Assembly (NCBI GenBank): GCA_002633005.1
Contig: NMRA01000206.1
Coordinates: 630,971-694,970 of the forward strand
Length of the DNA stretch: 64,000 nt
Origin: Phoronis australis
Taxonomy: Eukaryota; Animalia; Phoronida
Reading direction: 5' to 3'
Shown: piece after piece, positions 27,912-39,702 of the stretch
Layout of the letters: each line of letters begins with the position of its first letter
Position numbering within the stretch: the stretch's first letter is position 1
Notes under the pieces: generated by a model
What the model saw: only the letters and a program-made list of their open reading frames with translations
Database searches by the model: none
What the model was told of the DNA's origin: nothing
Made by a program: the position numbers and the translations under genes

Positions 27912-29867
27912 CTTCAAAAAAGAAGATAATTTTGTTTCATTTATTACAGTGGATGTACTGCATCGGCGTGTCGACCATTGCTACAAACAAAGAGAACAAT
28001 AACGGTCGATGCAACAGGCGAGAGACACCGGTAGGCTGAGTGTCCTACATGCACGTAATTGACTGTCAAGAGACGGGCCCTGTTGGTCAGTGAATGCCCG
28101 AATTCTTCATTCAGATACATGCAGCTCGGGCCACGACTTTAGACTGTCGCTGTGGAAATGGTTTTTGGAGACATTACAACGCCTTTTGTCCCGCATCATC
28201 AATATGATCGCGACTCGCACGCCAACATTTACCACGCTGAATACCATAAATTGAACACGGTCGCCCCAATTGAAGTACGGAGTAATTGGTCTACCTCCCA
28301 CAGACGTTTATCAAAAGCATTGTGAGACGGTTGTCGACTCGTAAACATCCTGTGACATCACAGATAAATTGGTGACGTATAAACGATATGACAGAAAACA
28401 ACATTTGACACTTGAATGCACCACAGTTGAAAGCACGGATCTACTGTAACATGCTTTTAAGTGCAAGAATGACAAATCAACCGGACGAGCCTCGTAATCC
28501 ACATGAATCGCCAGATTTGGCGCCAACGTTTCTCGAGGCACGCACCATCCGATCCGGCACACCAAAGCCAAATCTCACCACATGAAACGATATCCATGCA
28601 ACCTGTATTGTTATGTCCAACAAAGACGCAACAAGGAAAACAATAGAAGTGTCCCATAGGCGATAACTCGCAAATTAGAAAATACCTTGCAGCCTCCATA
28701 CGCTCCATACGACGTCATGTGGTACGGGAATGTTTTATCTGGCTGATAGCTTTTTATAAACTATCACCAACATTGAACGAACCACTAATTTCACAAATGA
28801 TGGATGCATGAAAGTGTATGAAAACGTGAATATTATTTGAAGAGTTTTGTTCCTTATTTAGCATTAAAAACACGTGCTAGTCATGGTTTGTGTGTAAGTA
28901 GTAAGTAAGAAAGTTCCTATTTTAATAACGAAAATAAGTGCTTAACACAGCAGATCTTTTTGTCTTTTAATTTACTTAGTTTTTCATTTTAATTCAAACC
29001 ACTTAACTTGGAAAACGTGCAAAGAAGGGCCACGAGCAAGTATTTTCCTTTTCGAAAAACCTATAATGGAAATAGGGGCTTTCTTTCAGAACAAGTTACT
29101 ATTTGAATGCTAGGCATAACCGTTGTCATTCTATCAGTACAAAAAGAAACATTATGAGCAATGACATTTTTGAACCAACAGAGCCTGTACATTGTCGCAA
29201 AACGAAAAGGTACAATTCAGTCTAAAAATTCAAATTATTGGCAAAAATGAATTTTTCAGTTTGACGTCGTGAGCATATTTTTTATTACAGTCACTGAATT
29301 CTGTCTTAAATTCGCTTCAATCAAATGTCTTCTTTTAAATGGTGCTCTTTCGGAAGCAAACAGAAATCTTTTTAAAAGTGTAGTTTGTCTTTAAAATTAG
29401 AAGTTTGTAAGATGTTTTCCGATCCCCATTTTGGGGGGCATTTTTAAATTCCTATTACTGTTCAGAAAATCCTGGTTTTTAAATGGTTAAATCCCACGCC
29501 CCCAGTCTCCTCGTGTCTACATTGTAGTAAGCCCAAACACAGTTGTACTTTCCATTCACGTAAACAAAATCATTCTAGACTATTTCTCTCGTCTCTTTGA
29601 AATCTGTTGTTGTTCACACTATACGGAAACAAAATGGCAATTCATAAAAATAAAGACACAAAACGAGAGCAAAGCAGTGTAACAATCGGGAAATTGTCAA
29701 AGTCCAAGAAAATGTGATATACTGAACAAGTGATGAACTTTTTATTAGAATGAGATTGATGGCTCTTTGTCATAAATGCCTTTATTGGGGCAAATGAGCA
29801 TTTGTTTTCATGTTTTTAAACTTAAAAAGAGCCTCCATAGCCAACTGTAGGGTCTAGTTCATGACAC

Positions 29868-30072
29868 CTAACCACAGATCGGTCTATGCCTTCTTTTACG
29901 TTTGTTTGTCCCTTTCTGTTTCCCTTTCCATTTCCCTGTCTTTCTCCGATACGATCGAGATCCAGAGAGACCACGTGCCATGGCTGTCTTCATGGTTTCG
30001 TCCGCTCCAACATTTTCCTCCAGGAGACCGACGTCGCGAGCGGCTTGAGCTTCTTGACCAGCCAATGTGACT
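29868..30072 (-). CDS. Terminal exon B of peptide precursor: (E)VTLAGQEAQAARDVGLLEENVGADETMKTAMARGLSGSRSYRRKTGKWKGKQKGTNKRKRRHRPICG*
   Basis: Acceptor ttatcttcatttctgaag|A GTC ACA TTG with an in-frame stop just upstream, so an intron is required. In frame with the 33192-33253 exon, giving an 88-aa precursor. AATAAA at 29781-29786 (minus). Overlaps ORF-track entry 29868..30065. Confidence 0.8.
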
Positions 30073-30831
30073 CTTCAGAAATGAAGATAATTTTGTTTTA
30101 TTACAGTGGATGTACTGCATCGGCGTCTCGTCCATTACCACAAACAAAGAGCACGTTAACGGCAGATGCAATAGGCAGGAGACACCGGTAGGTTGAGTGT
30201 CCTACATGCACGTAATTGAATGTCAACATGCGGGTAGCCCCGATTGAAGTAAGGCAGACGCATTGCTCTACCTCCCACAGACGTTTTTTTCAAAAGCATG
30301 GTGTGGCGATTGTCGACTCGTAAACATCCTGTGACACCACAGATAATTTGGTGACGTGTAAACGATATGACAGAAAACAACATTTGTTACTTACATGCAC
30401 CAGAATTGAAAGCACGGGTCTACTGTAACATGTATGGTTTCTGGTGTGAAGAATGACAAACAGAAAAATAAAAGATTGGAAACAAGCCTTATAATGCACA
30501 TAAATAGCCAGGTTTTGCGTCAAAGTTTCTCGAGGCACGTGCCATCCGATCACCCCCAAGTCAAAACCACCTCATGAAACGCAAATTATAAATCAGCTTA
30601 CACGTACACAATTTTTGTGATGTCACCGGATGTTTAGGGACGGAAAATGACAGTGGTGACGTAGATGAAATCCCCGATCTCTGATCGTCGAAACACTGAA
30701 TAACAGCGAGCCCTGTGCTCAGCTTCATGAAACAGTCTCAAATAGGGACTCGGCAACGTCCCTTAATTCCTCTACGCATTTGTATCATTTATTGACATAA
30801 AAATCTCATGTCCCTCACTTATTATATCTTA

Positions 30832-32916
30832 TAGCCAGCCAGCTAGCTGTATGGAGACTGTCGTCAAAATGCAGCTAGGTACCGCCCGCCAGCTAGCTGT
30901 ATGAAGACTATCGTCAAAATACAGCTAGGTACCACTGTGTGTTTTTCTTCCCTAGACCGGCCGAAATTGCACACGGCCAGAGTAATTCTGCTCGTCACCT
31001 CGCCGTGAAACTTCTATCAACATGTAAAGCTAAAGACCGGATAGGGTGCATGCAAAATCTGGGAATCAACCGACACTCACCTTTTCCGTTACAGCCGTTA
31101 AAGTGAAAAACAATGCAATGAACGTAATTCTCTTACGTACCTCTCTGCTTTTTCTAACAATGAAAAGTATGTCGTCGTTTTGAAAACAGTACGCTCGTGT
31201 CACGCGCACACGCCATTTCTTCTAAATTTTTGCGACAACTTCGCAGCAGCAAAATATGTTCTGAAATTCGGTTTTTCGATATCAAAATTCTAAAAACTTA
31301 TAATGAAGCGAAGCTAGTTTCGATAATTTGTGTGACGTGTAGGCAACCTCGTGAAAGAACAGCAGTTGATTGAAGAATCGGCGAAAAAAGAAACTGGCCA
31401 ATATGTGACTCAATATTTCAGGGCGCCGAAAGCCGTCGCTAAACTTTCGCTCCACAACTTTAGCAGCATAACGGTAGAACGCTATTTTTCCAACACCGTT
31501 AAATAATTTAGTTTACTCAAGGAAGACTGTAGTTTTTAATGACACTAATTTTTTGTCAGATTTTATCTTAACACTTTTTTACCCACATCGCTACAAAGCT
31601 GTATATTTAGTATACAGCATTGCGCCAAGGCTACCATAGACCTAGCCTTGGTACAAAGCTGTATATAAATATACAGCTTTGCACCGGTGTGGGTAAAAAA
31701 GTGGTTAGATAAAATCTGACACAAAATTAGTGTCATTAAAAACTACAGTCTTCTTTGAGTAAACAAAATTATTTAACAGTGTTGGAAAAAATGGCGTTCT
31801 ACCGTTATTCTGCTGCTAAAGTTGTGGAGCGATCTTTAGCGACGGCTTTCGGCGCCATGAAATATTGCGTCACCTATTGGCCAGTTTCTTTTTTCGCCGA
31901 TTCTTCAATCAACTGCTGTTCTTTCACAAGGTTGCGTACACGTCACAACAAATTATCAGAACTGGTTTCACTTCATTAAAAGTTTTTAGAATTTTGGTAC
32001 CGAAAAATTGAATTTCAGAAGAAATTTTGTTGCTACCAAGCTATCATCATCTCCCGAGATTTCGCAAAAATTTAGGAAATGGCGCGTGCGTGTGACACGA
32101 GCGTACTGTTTTCAAAAGGACGAAATACTTATCATTGTTAGAAAAGGCGGAGAGTTACGCAAGAAAATGACGTTTATTGCATTGTTTTTCACTTAAACGG
32201 CTGTAACGGGCAAGGTGAGTGTCGGTTGACTCCCAGATTTTGCATGCACACCGTCCGGTCTTTAGCTTTACATGTTGATACAAGTTTCATGGCGCGGTGA
32301 CGAGCAGAACTACACTGGCTGCGTGCAATTTCGAGGTCTACGGAAGAAATACACGCAGTGGGACCTAGCCGAAATTACACACAGCCAGGGTTGTTCTGCT
32401 CGTGACCTCGCCGTGAATCCTGTATCAACATGTAGAGCTAAAGACCTGACGGGGTGCATGCAAAATCTGGAAATCAAACGACGCTCACCTTGTCCGTTAC
32501 AGCCGTTTAAGTGGAAAACAATCTAATAAACATCATCTTCTTGCGTAATCCTCCGCCTTTCTGACAAAGAAAACTCATGTCGTCGTTTTGAAAACAGTAC
32601 GCTCGTGACATGCGCACGCGCCATTTCCTAAATGTTTGCGACATCTCTCGGCAGATGATGATGATGGCTTGGCAGCATCAAAATTTTTTCTGAAATTCGG
32701 TTTCTCGGTATCAAAATTATCAAAACTTATAATGAAGTGAAACCAGTTCCGATAATTTGTTGCGACGTGTAGGCAACCACGTGAAAGAACAACAGTTGAC
32801 TGAAGAATCGACGAAAAAAGAAACTGGCCAATAGGTGACGCAATATTTCATGGCGCCGAAAGCCGACGCAAAAGATCGCTCCACAACTTTAACTGGCAGC
32901 AGAATAACGGTAGAAC
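30832..32916. mobile_element. Compound foldback insertion: three copies of a ~600-700-bp unit in +/-/+ orientation, with TAGCC ends, inside the intron of peptide gene B
   Basis: Arm 1 ~30935-31633 ends ccaaggcta, 9-bp spacer, arm 2 starts tagccttgg (31643-~32362), third copy ~32363-32916. Absent from the paralogous intron at 61060-61165. Short derivatives at 36189-36260 and 54959-55041. Confidence 0.85.
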
Positions 32917-33191
32917 GTTGCATGAAATCTCTATTGATTTTCAACAATATAGGGAGTTCAGCTTACAGTTTACTCCCACCTTGTGTCAAAAAATGAAAAT
33001 CGTTAGAAAGGACAACCAACATTTTCATAAGTCTATAATTCGGAAAAACATTAAGGAACAATGCTGCGTGCAACCGGCCACCGGTCATTAACAAAAATTC
33101 AAACTTTTTATACTCATCATAAATTATAGCATAGCAGACACCTTAAAAGTTCTACTTAAACACTATCATTGGCTATTAGTCAAACACTTAC

Positions 33192-33253
33192 TCTGCAGTC
33201 ATGAGAGCAGCGAACGCCATCATTAAGACGATGAAGATTGCGGACTTGGACAT
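33192..33253 (-). CDS. Signal-peptide exon of secreted peptide precursor (MSKSAIFIVLMMAFAALMTA + GA, phase 2)
   Basis: Minus strand reads ctgcag|gtcaactATGTCCAAGTCCGCAATCTTCATCGTCTTAATGATGGCGTTCGCTGCTCTCATGACTGCAGA|gtaagt. Canonical acceptor (exon starts 33260) and a perfect GTAAGT donor. Basic N-terminus followed by a hydrophobic core. Phase matches the terminal exons that begin A-GTN-ACA. Confidence 0.85.
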
Positions 33254-33857
33254 AGTTGACCTGCAGTAGAGTGAAGCAGTTTTAAAATTAGTGGAACATA
33301 TGCTTTGATCAAAGCAAGTATTAGCAACATATTAAAAACATATGCTGCTCTACGTACAATCGAACGTTTTTACAAATTCCCGTTCTGTAGATGCATTTCA
33401 TTTGTGAAACCCAAGATCACGAAGTCTTTGTGTGACATCCCTGCATTACACACGAAGATGTGGTCACGCTATCTCTACTCTAGAGATTTTTACGTCTACG
33501 GTGCTCAAGTCATGTTTTGTTGACTTCCAGAGATTGGTGCAAAATCTTTTCAAATTCCAATTTTTGACTTAATGATCAAGGATATCCCAGAAAGGTGTCC
33601 GATTTTAGAGGCAAAGGAGAAGAAGTTTACGAACTTTAATCTTTTTAATTGGTATGCCCGTAGCAGTTTTCTATTCTTTTCGGTGTAAACTCACCAACCA
33701 AGTATTCAAACATTATACATGTACCATGCTTTGAAATCGATGATATTCACACCAACTTATTAAGGGTACGAAGTTTAGGCGCGGAGTTTTGTAGTAACGC
33801 GTAACTTTCACAATGCTGTCGCAGGCGCAATCTGTTGTGTTTTCATATACATAGATG

Positions 33858-33907
33858 TATAGATGGGTGGATGGATGGATAGATGGATGGATGGATGGAT
33901 GGATGGA
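33858..33907. repeat. (GGAT)n microsatellite
   Basis: Direct inspection. Confidence 0.9.
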
Positions 33908-36900
33908 CTGATAGTTAGATACAGTGTAGATATGTATATTCGATGTATTTCTTTCTTCGTGCTTCAGGCCGGGGTTTGGGAGTTGTGCGATGTACTTCAC
34001 AAACCAATTAGTGTGTTACGACTATATTTTGGTTATAACTGTTTAGCGTTATTTGATTTTTAGTCCTGTTTGCTGCAGGGGCGGACGGCGGAGTTGTAAA
34101 AATTTTGTTCGTTTTTCTGCCTAGTGTCTTGATATTAAAGATCAAAGGTCCAGTCACTTCACTATTTTGTTACTGTTGATTTTTCATAATTGGTGTAAAT
34201 AACGGTTCTTGTAAAAACTGTCGTTAACAGCACATATATTTCGTAATAGTCATTTACAGTTTTTGTTCGTTTTCGGTTTACTGTCAATGTATATGGAACT
34301 GAAATAAAGCATACTGTAGAATCACCTGCCTTTCCCTCATTAGCCGACACTGCGCCAGAACACGCGCGAGTGTTTAATCCCAGCAGAAAATGTATTGTAT
34401 TTTTTGTCACCTTTTGGCCGAAAACCTTTTCTTCACAGGCATAAAGAACTTTTCATGGAAGTTTTAAGCCCCCATTTTTGACAGTCCCTTTTCGGCTAAA
34501 AGTCCTTGGTAGAAGTAATCGCAGTGAGAACACAGTGAGAACATAGACTATAGTACATTGAATGCCAACTCCGTAGAATGATATTAAATGGACAAAATCT
34601 GTGCTTTTACGCACAAGTTACGTCATTATTCACTAGCGACACCTGGCCAAATTATCGAGTATTATCTCCGGTAAGTACGTTATCTGCTAATCATGGTCGG
34701 CTGTTGTGTGGTCGGGTGGTAGCACCATTGCCAAAAGTTCTCACGATACCAACAGTTTTAGTATTGGAAGACTTTGAACAGCGTTTCAATGCCGAATTTT
34801 TTTCTTTGTACCGCACAGTAAAATAGATGCGAGAATTTCCCGTCACTATACACTAACCGGAAACTGAAACAGATAATTTAGTGGCACCTCTTCTGGGATA
34901 ATATTGTATTACAAGAAAATGTCGGAGATGCGAATCTGGTGTAAGTTGCATAAAGCTTCAAAAGGTATCCGCTGGATAAGTTTGATTGTTGCATGACATC
35001 AGGTGCATTGTTCCACAATAACAACGTGGCGCGTGATAATGCGACGTCATTGTTGCTATACGACGTAAAACTTTCATGCAACTGGGCCCAGTTGCCTATA
35101 ATCTATGGTGAGAACAAACACGGGTTAGGAAGATGGAAACAACATGAAGAAAATTTTTAGTGAAAAGTAAATGGGATGTCTGAACATGAAATATCGCCAA
35201 GAAAAAATCTTGTGAAACATACAAGAACTATAATTTAATAGAAATGATTACCTTGAACTATCCTCTAGCCTGCAGCACTATAACGTAGAATACTTCGAAT
35301 GATCAGTCTGGTATTCTGACGATGTGATATTTGGTGCCGACTTTTATAAGCTGTCCCTTTTGTAACTCCAGGGTGTTCGAAACGTTTTACGTAATTCCTT
35401 GTTATTTCTCGTGCTTCGACCCCGTCCTTTGAAGGAGCTTCACATAAAAGAAGAAAAAGAACGGAATTGGTATATTATCGTTATTACACGGGTATATGGC
35501 GGTGCTTCAGCACGTTCTCATAAATACATTTCATCAAAAGAGGATGTTCATAGCAAACACAACTGATTGTATTCCGAGCAATAGACTTTGCCAAACAAGC
35601 AACCCAGCTCAAATGATTAATTGGTTGCCTACCGACTGATTCTTTTCCCATGCATTGATGTATTCAATACTGGTGGTTGCAGGAACTGCAAGCCACAAAA
35701 TAATTTTTCATTAAGTTGAGCATTTAGGTGATGCATTTCTGACTAACAAACAATCCGAATGTTTGAACGCCATTGTCCAACCATTCGGGATGACCGTTTG
35801 TTACTTCTTTCATTAAGGAGCTATGTCACATCATCTTTTCACAGTGCTACTTTTCGTGTATGGCTATGACATCAGATTGGTCTGTATGTCGTCATAGATT
35901 ATAGACAACAGATTCGCAAGTCCGACATTTTTTCCGCGCTATCCAAGAGGAGGCGCCACTCTCCTAAATTAGTGCAGTTTCCTGTTAGAGTATTTTGACG
36001 GGAACTTCACGCATCTACTTTACTGTCCAGTACAACGAAAAAAATTAAATTCGGCATTGAAACGCTGTTCAAAGTATTCCAATAGTAGAACTGTTGGTAT
36101 CGTGAGTACTTTTGGAAATGCTACTGGTAATTAATTACAAAATTTAAACTTCAGTGCCGACTGATCATATCGTCTGTTTGCACAATAGTAGCCTTGGTAC
36201 AAAGCTGTATACTAAATATATGTATTTTGACGGCAGTCTTCATACAGCTAGCTGACTTTCTAGCACAATAGCAGCATAGTTATCGGACAATTTGGGATTC
36301 ATGATTCACATACTCAGAAAACTACGAAAACATATTTGTGCACAAATTCTAAGGAGTACCTGTGAATGCAAAAGATACTTATGTAACGTTTTTGTTTTAG
36401 AAAATTTTTAATTTTGTTCGGATTAAAAAATGCGCCTCTGCAACGATTTCACTGGTCTAACCTTTGTATGTTTATAATTCAACATTCTCAAGTGAGCAGT
36501 TCTTTTGGGAAGTGTTAAGTGGCCCTTAAAAGGGCCGTTGATTATACTGTACATGAGCCTTAGGTATAGCGTGAAATGGTTCTTAAAAGAACCGCTGAAT
36601 AACTCAACAAAAATCACACAGTATACCGTGCTCACTCAAGTACTGAAGGTCCTTTTCATTCAAGATTTCATCAGGGAAGGTTGGATGAAACAGAGAAGAT
36701 GACAATATCGATGACAGTTGTAACACCTTATATAAATGTTACCGTTCACCAACGTTATCACGAACCCTGCCTCTTTCAGTTCTTGTTTCTGGATTCACAA
36801 GTAATCCTGAACCGTAGGAAAAAAGACATACAATAAAAACGAATCAAATTTCAAAAATCACCGCCTTCGTACGATTCCGTGTTGCAGACTGAAAATCGAC

Positions 36901-39292
36901 GTTACAAGTGATGGGAACTTTGTTTCTAACTTTTAACCCATTTTTAAGAAAGGAGTGTACTGATTATGTCTAATGTTGATAGAGCATAACTTTTAGTTTT
37001 TACAATGCATTAATCGTGTTGAGTGCAATCATATTAAGTGACCTCATTGAGTTGAACAGAAAGTAAATTAAATGTAACACTATGAAAATTTGAAAATATA
37101 TAGACCAGTAACAGGACTCCCTAAGAATCGAGCTGTATTCGAAAACTTTGCGCCATTGGTGATCTGGGCCCAGTCTCTAACATTTTTACTCGAAATGGAC
37201 TTGAAATTATGTTTGGCATTTTCTACTCTACTTTTGTGCAAATTCAAGATAAGTGTCTATTATTCTATGCTTGAGTACATAAGGACTTATTAAGTGGATG
37301 ATTTATTAGTCCTAGTTTGCAGTTGATAAACCCAACATTAAAGCTAAAAGTTCGAGTTTGAACTCACAATTTAGACTTTCTACCCGAGTTTGTAGCATGA
37401 ATTAAGGGTCTTTAAGGGCAAACTTGGACTAGAAACTCATATGCATCAACTATAATGTATTCGAGCACAGTCTGATAACCTCCTATTTTAAGTTTGCATA
37501 AAAGGAGCAGAGAAATTGCCAAAAATAATTTCGAGTTCGTTTCGAGTACAAAGATTAGAGACGAGGCCCTGATTGGTTCATGCACTTGCGGCGGGAAAAT
37601 AATAGACCAAGTATCGTGCACGTGTGCACTGTAGCAACATTTTGTATCTTATTCTTATTTGGCCAATCTGTTGATACAATAAATTTCCTTATTTATGCCT
37701 ATCCTGATTTGACCGCAACTTGAGCTTGTTGGGTTCTATCATATGTTGGGTTGGCATCAATTGACCCACGTGGTGCTTATTCGAATGGGCTTCATTTTAC
37801 CACCTATTTCAAATTTTGTAGGTGAATTAAATAAACAAAGTGGGTGATTATCATCACCGGAATTTCATCATTAGTATCTTTTGCCGAGTGCTCAAATTTT
37901 CTGAGACTAGGGATTGTCACATTTGCAAGGTAGAAGTGTTTCGCTCGACTTCCAGGTCTGCGGCGTTATTTATACCAGACCAAAATTAAAAAACGATGCC
38001 CTTGTTTAAATCAGGAGCTGCATGATACACGTTTTACCAGACGTCCGCAAGCAGCGCATGTGGGCCCACTGCACTGATCACTTGGAACCATTTTTATGGT
38101 TGATTAATATATAGTTAAACCGAGCTGAGTAGCTTGAAACCTGATTCACGGCAATTTTTGGCAGTGGGATTTTCTGAAAAATGCTCGTAAGTTAACAAAC
38201 AAAGTTTGATAGCAATGCACTGCAGTTTTGTAGAAACTCTGTCATAGATTACAGATGCGTCACAGAGCGTAAATTCGATGAATTCTAGCTTACGATTTCA
38301 TAGACGGATTTAGGGGGGGCAGGCCCTCCCCCCCTTGGCTGCCGCAAAAAAATAAAACAGCAAGAGCGTAGGAAAATGTTGAGTTTAATAATTAATCCCG
38401 GTAATTAAAATTATACGGCTGAAACAAGATTTACATTTGTGCAGTTTTAATGTTGGGGGGGGGGGCTCAGATCCAATTTCAAAAGTCAAATTCGGAACAC
38501 GGCGCAATCGTAACGGAACTATGGCTAAGTACATGCATAAGCTCTCCCGCGATATCTTTGGCGACCGGCAGAGGCGCTGGGCACTACGACTCCGTTTCCG
38601 TCGTCTGCTCCACTGTGCAATGAAGAAAATTACTTCATTTTTTAAAGAAAATGGAATCTGAATGATGGTGAAAAAACTGAAGCTGCTGGTAAGATGTCAA
38701 TTTTAATCGAAGCCTTAGTGAATCACTCAGAAATTCATAATTCTCTCTTTGTCAAACCTTAACTTAAGACGATTTCCAAAGCAATCGCGTCATTATTGCC
38801 AACACAAAAAACGGATTTGGTCTTTTGGACAATTGAAGACTATTTTAAATACAACAAATTTGTTACGAACTGATTGAACAAATTATAAAACATGTAATAA
38901 GCATTACAAAAAGAAGGAGGTTTCACGCGCAAACGCTGTGGACCATAAACAAGTAGGTCTCTTAGTATTAATTTAGGAGTTAAATCGTGGTGGTGTAGTG
39001 GTAAAGCACGCGCGCTCTATCCGCTAGGTCGTAAGTTCGAGTCTGCGGTACTTGCAGTTTTTCCTGGTTGACAAACAGAAAAATTTCATGGGCGGGACGG
39101 CGGTTTGCCTCCCCCCATTCGGTGGTATGGCGCATCTACAATCGTGCTTTGAGCAAATGTTTACAGACAAAATGTTCCCCCCCTTGTGAAATCCTAGATC
39201 GCCCACTGGATTTCACCTGTTTCGGAGACCGGGTTTCAACCACTTTTGGGCTATAATAAGCACCCCCCTTCCTGAAGCGGATTGTTCTAAGC

Positions 39293-39702
39293 GCCCTGGG
39301 CCCGGTCTCTAATCTTTGTACTCGAAACGAACTCGAAACTATTTTTGGCAATTTCTCTGCTCCTTTTGTGCGAACTCAACTAGATAAGTGGTAATGAAAC
39401 TGTGCTCAAATACATTATAGTTTATGCATATGTGTTTCTAATCCAAGCTTGCACTTGAAGACTCTTATCCGTGCTACAAACTCGAGTAAAAACTCGAAAT
39501 TTCGAGTTCAAATTCGAACTTTTAGCTTCGATGTTGGGTTTATCAACTACAAACTGTGACTTATAAATTGTCCACGTGAGTCATTATGTACTGGAGCATA
39601 TATTAATAGACACTTTTCTTGAGTTCGCACAAAAGTAGAGAAGAAAATCTCAAACATAATTTCGGGTTCCATTTCGAGTAAAAAGATTAGAGACCGGTCC
39701 CT
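39293..39702. mobile_element. ~400-bp palindromic MITE family; other copies ~4818-5195, ~6937-7335, ~37163-37572
   Basis: Shared TIR ggtctctaatctttgtactcgaaa...tttcgagtaaaagattagagacc and internal ctcga/tcgag-rich sequence in four dispersed copies. Confidence 0.8.

Larger units (their letters stand above)
26249..30580. repeat. Tandem segmental duplication (unit 1 ~26249-28588, unit 2 ~28589-30580) carrying peptide exons A and B
   Basis: Both units begin gatatccatgc(g/a)acctgta and are collinear throughout (e.g. agcattaaaaacacgtgct, aagaagggccacgagcaagtattttcc, gtgtcctacatgcacgtaattga). Confidence 0.9.

Noticed and set aside
27785-28039. Plus-strand ORF and an apparent plus-strand acceptor (ttacag) conserved in the paralogues
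   Set aside because: It is the antisense shadow of exon A and its intron; stops follow in all plus frames, and the minus frame explains the conservation.
30395-30501. Alternative upstream exon MCIIRLVSNLLFFCLSFFT...WC with a GTAAGT donor, in frame with exon B
   Set aside because: The paralogous positions are broken: frameshift and lost donor in unit A, ATG-TGA in gene C. The 33192-33253 exon is a much better signal exon. At most a cryptic splice site.
31755-32947. Repeated ORFs (..FGAMKYCVTYWPVSFF..)
   Set aside because: They arise from the repeated foldback arms, and the frames are not kept between copies.
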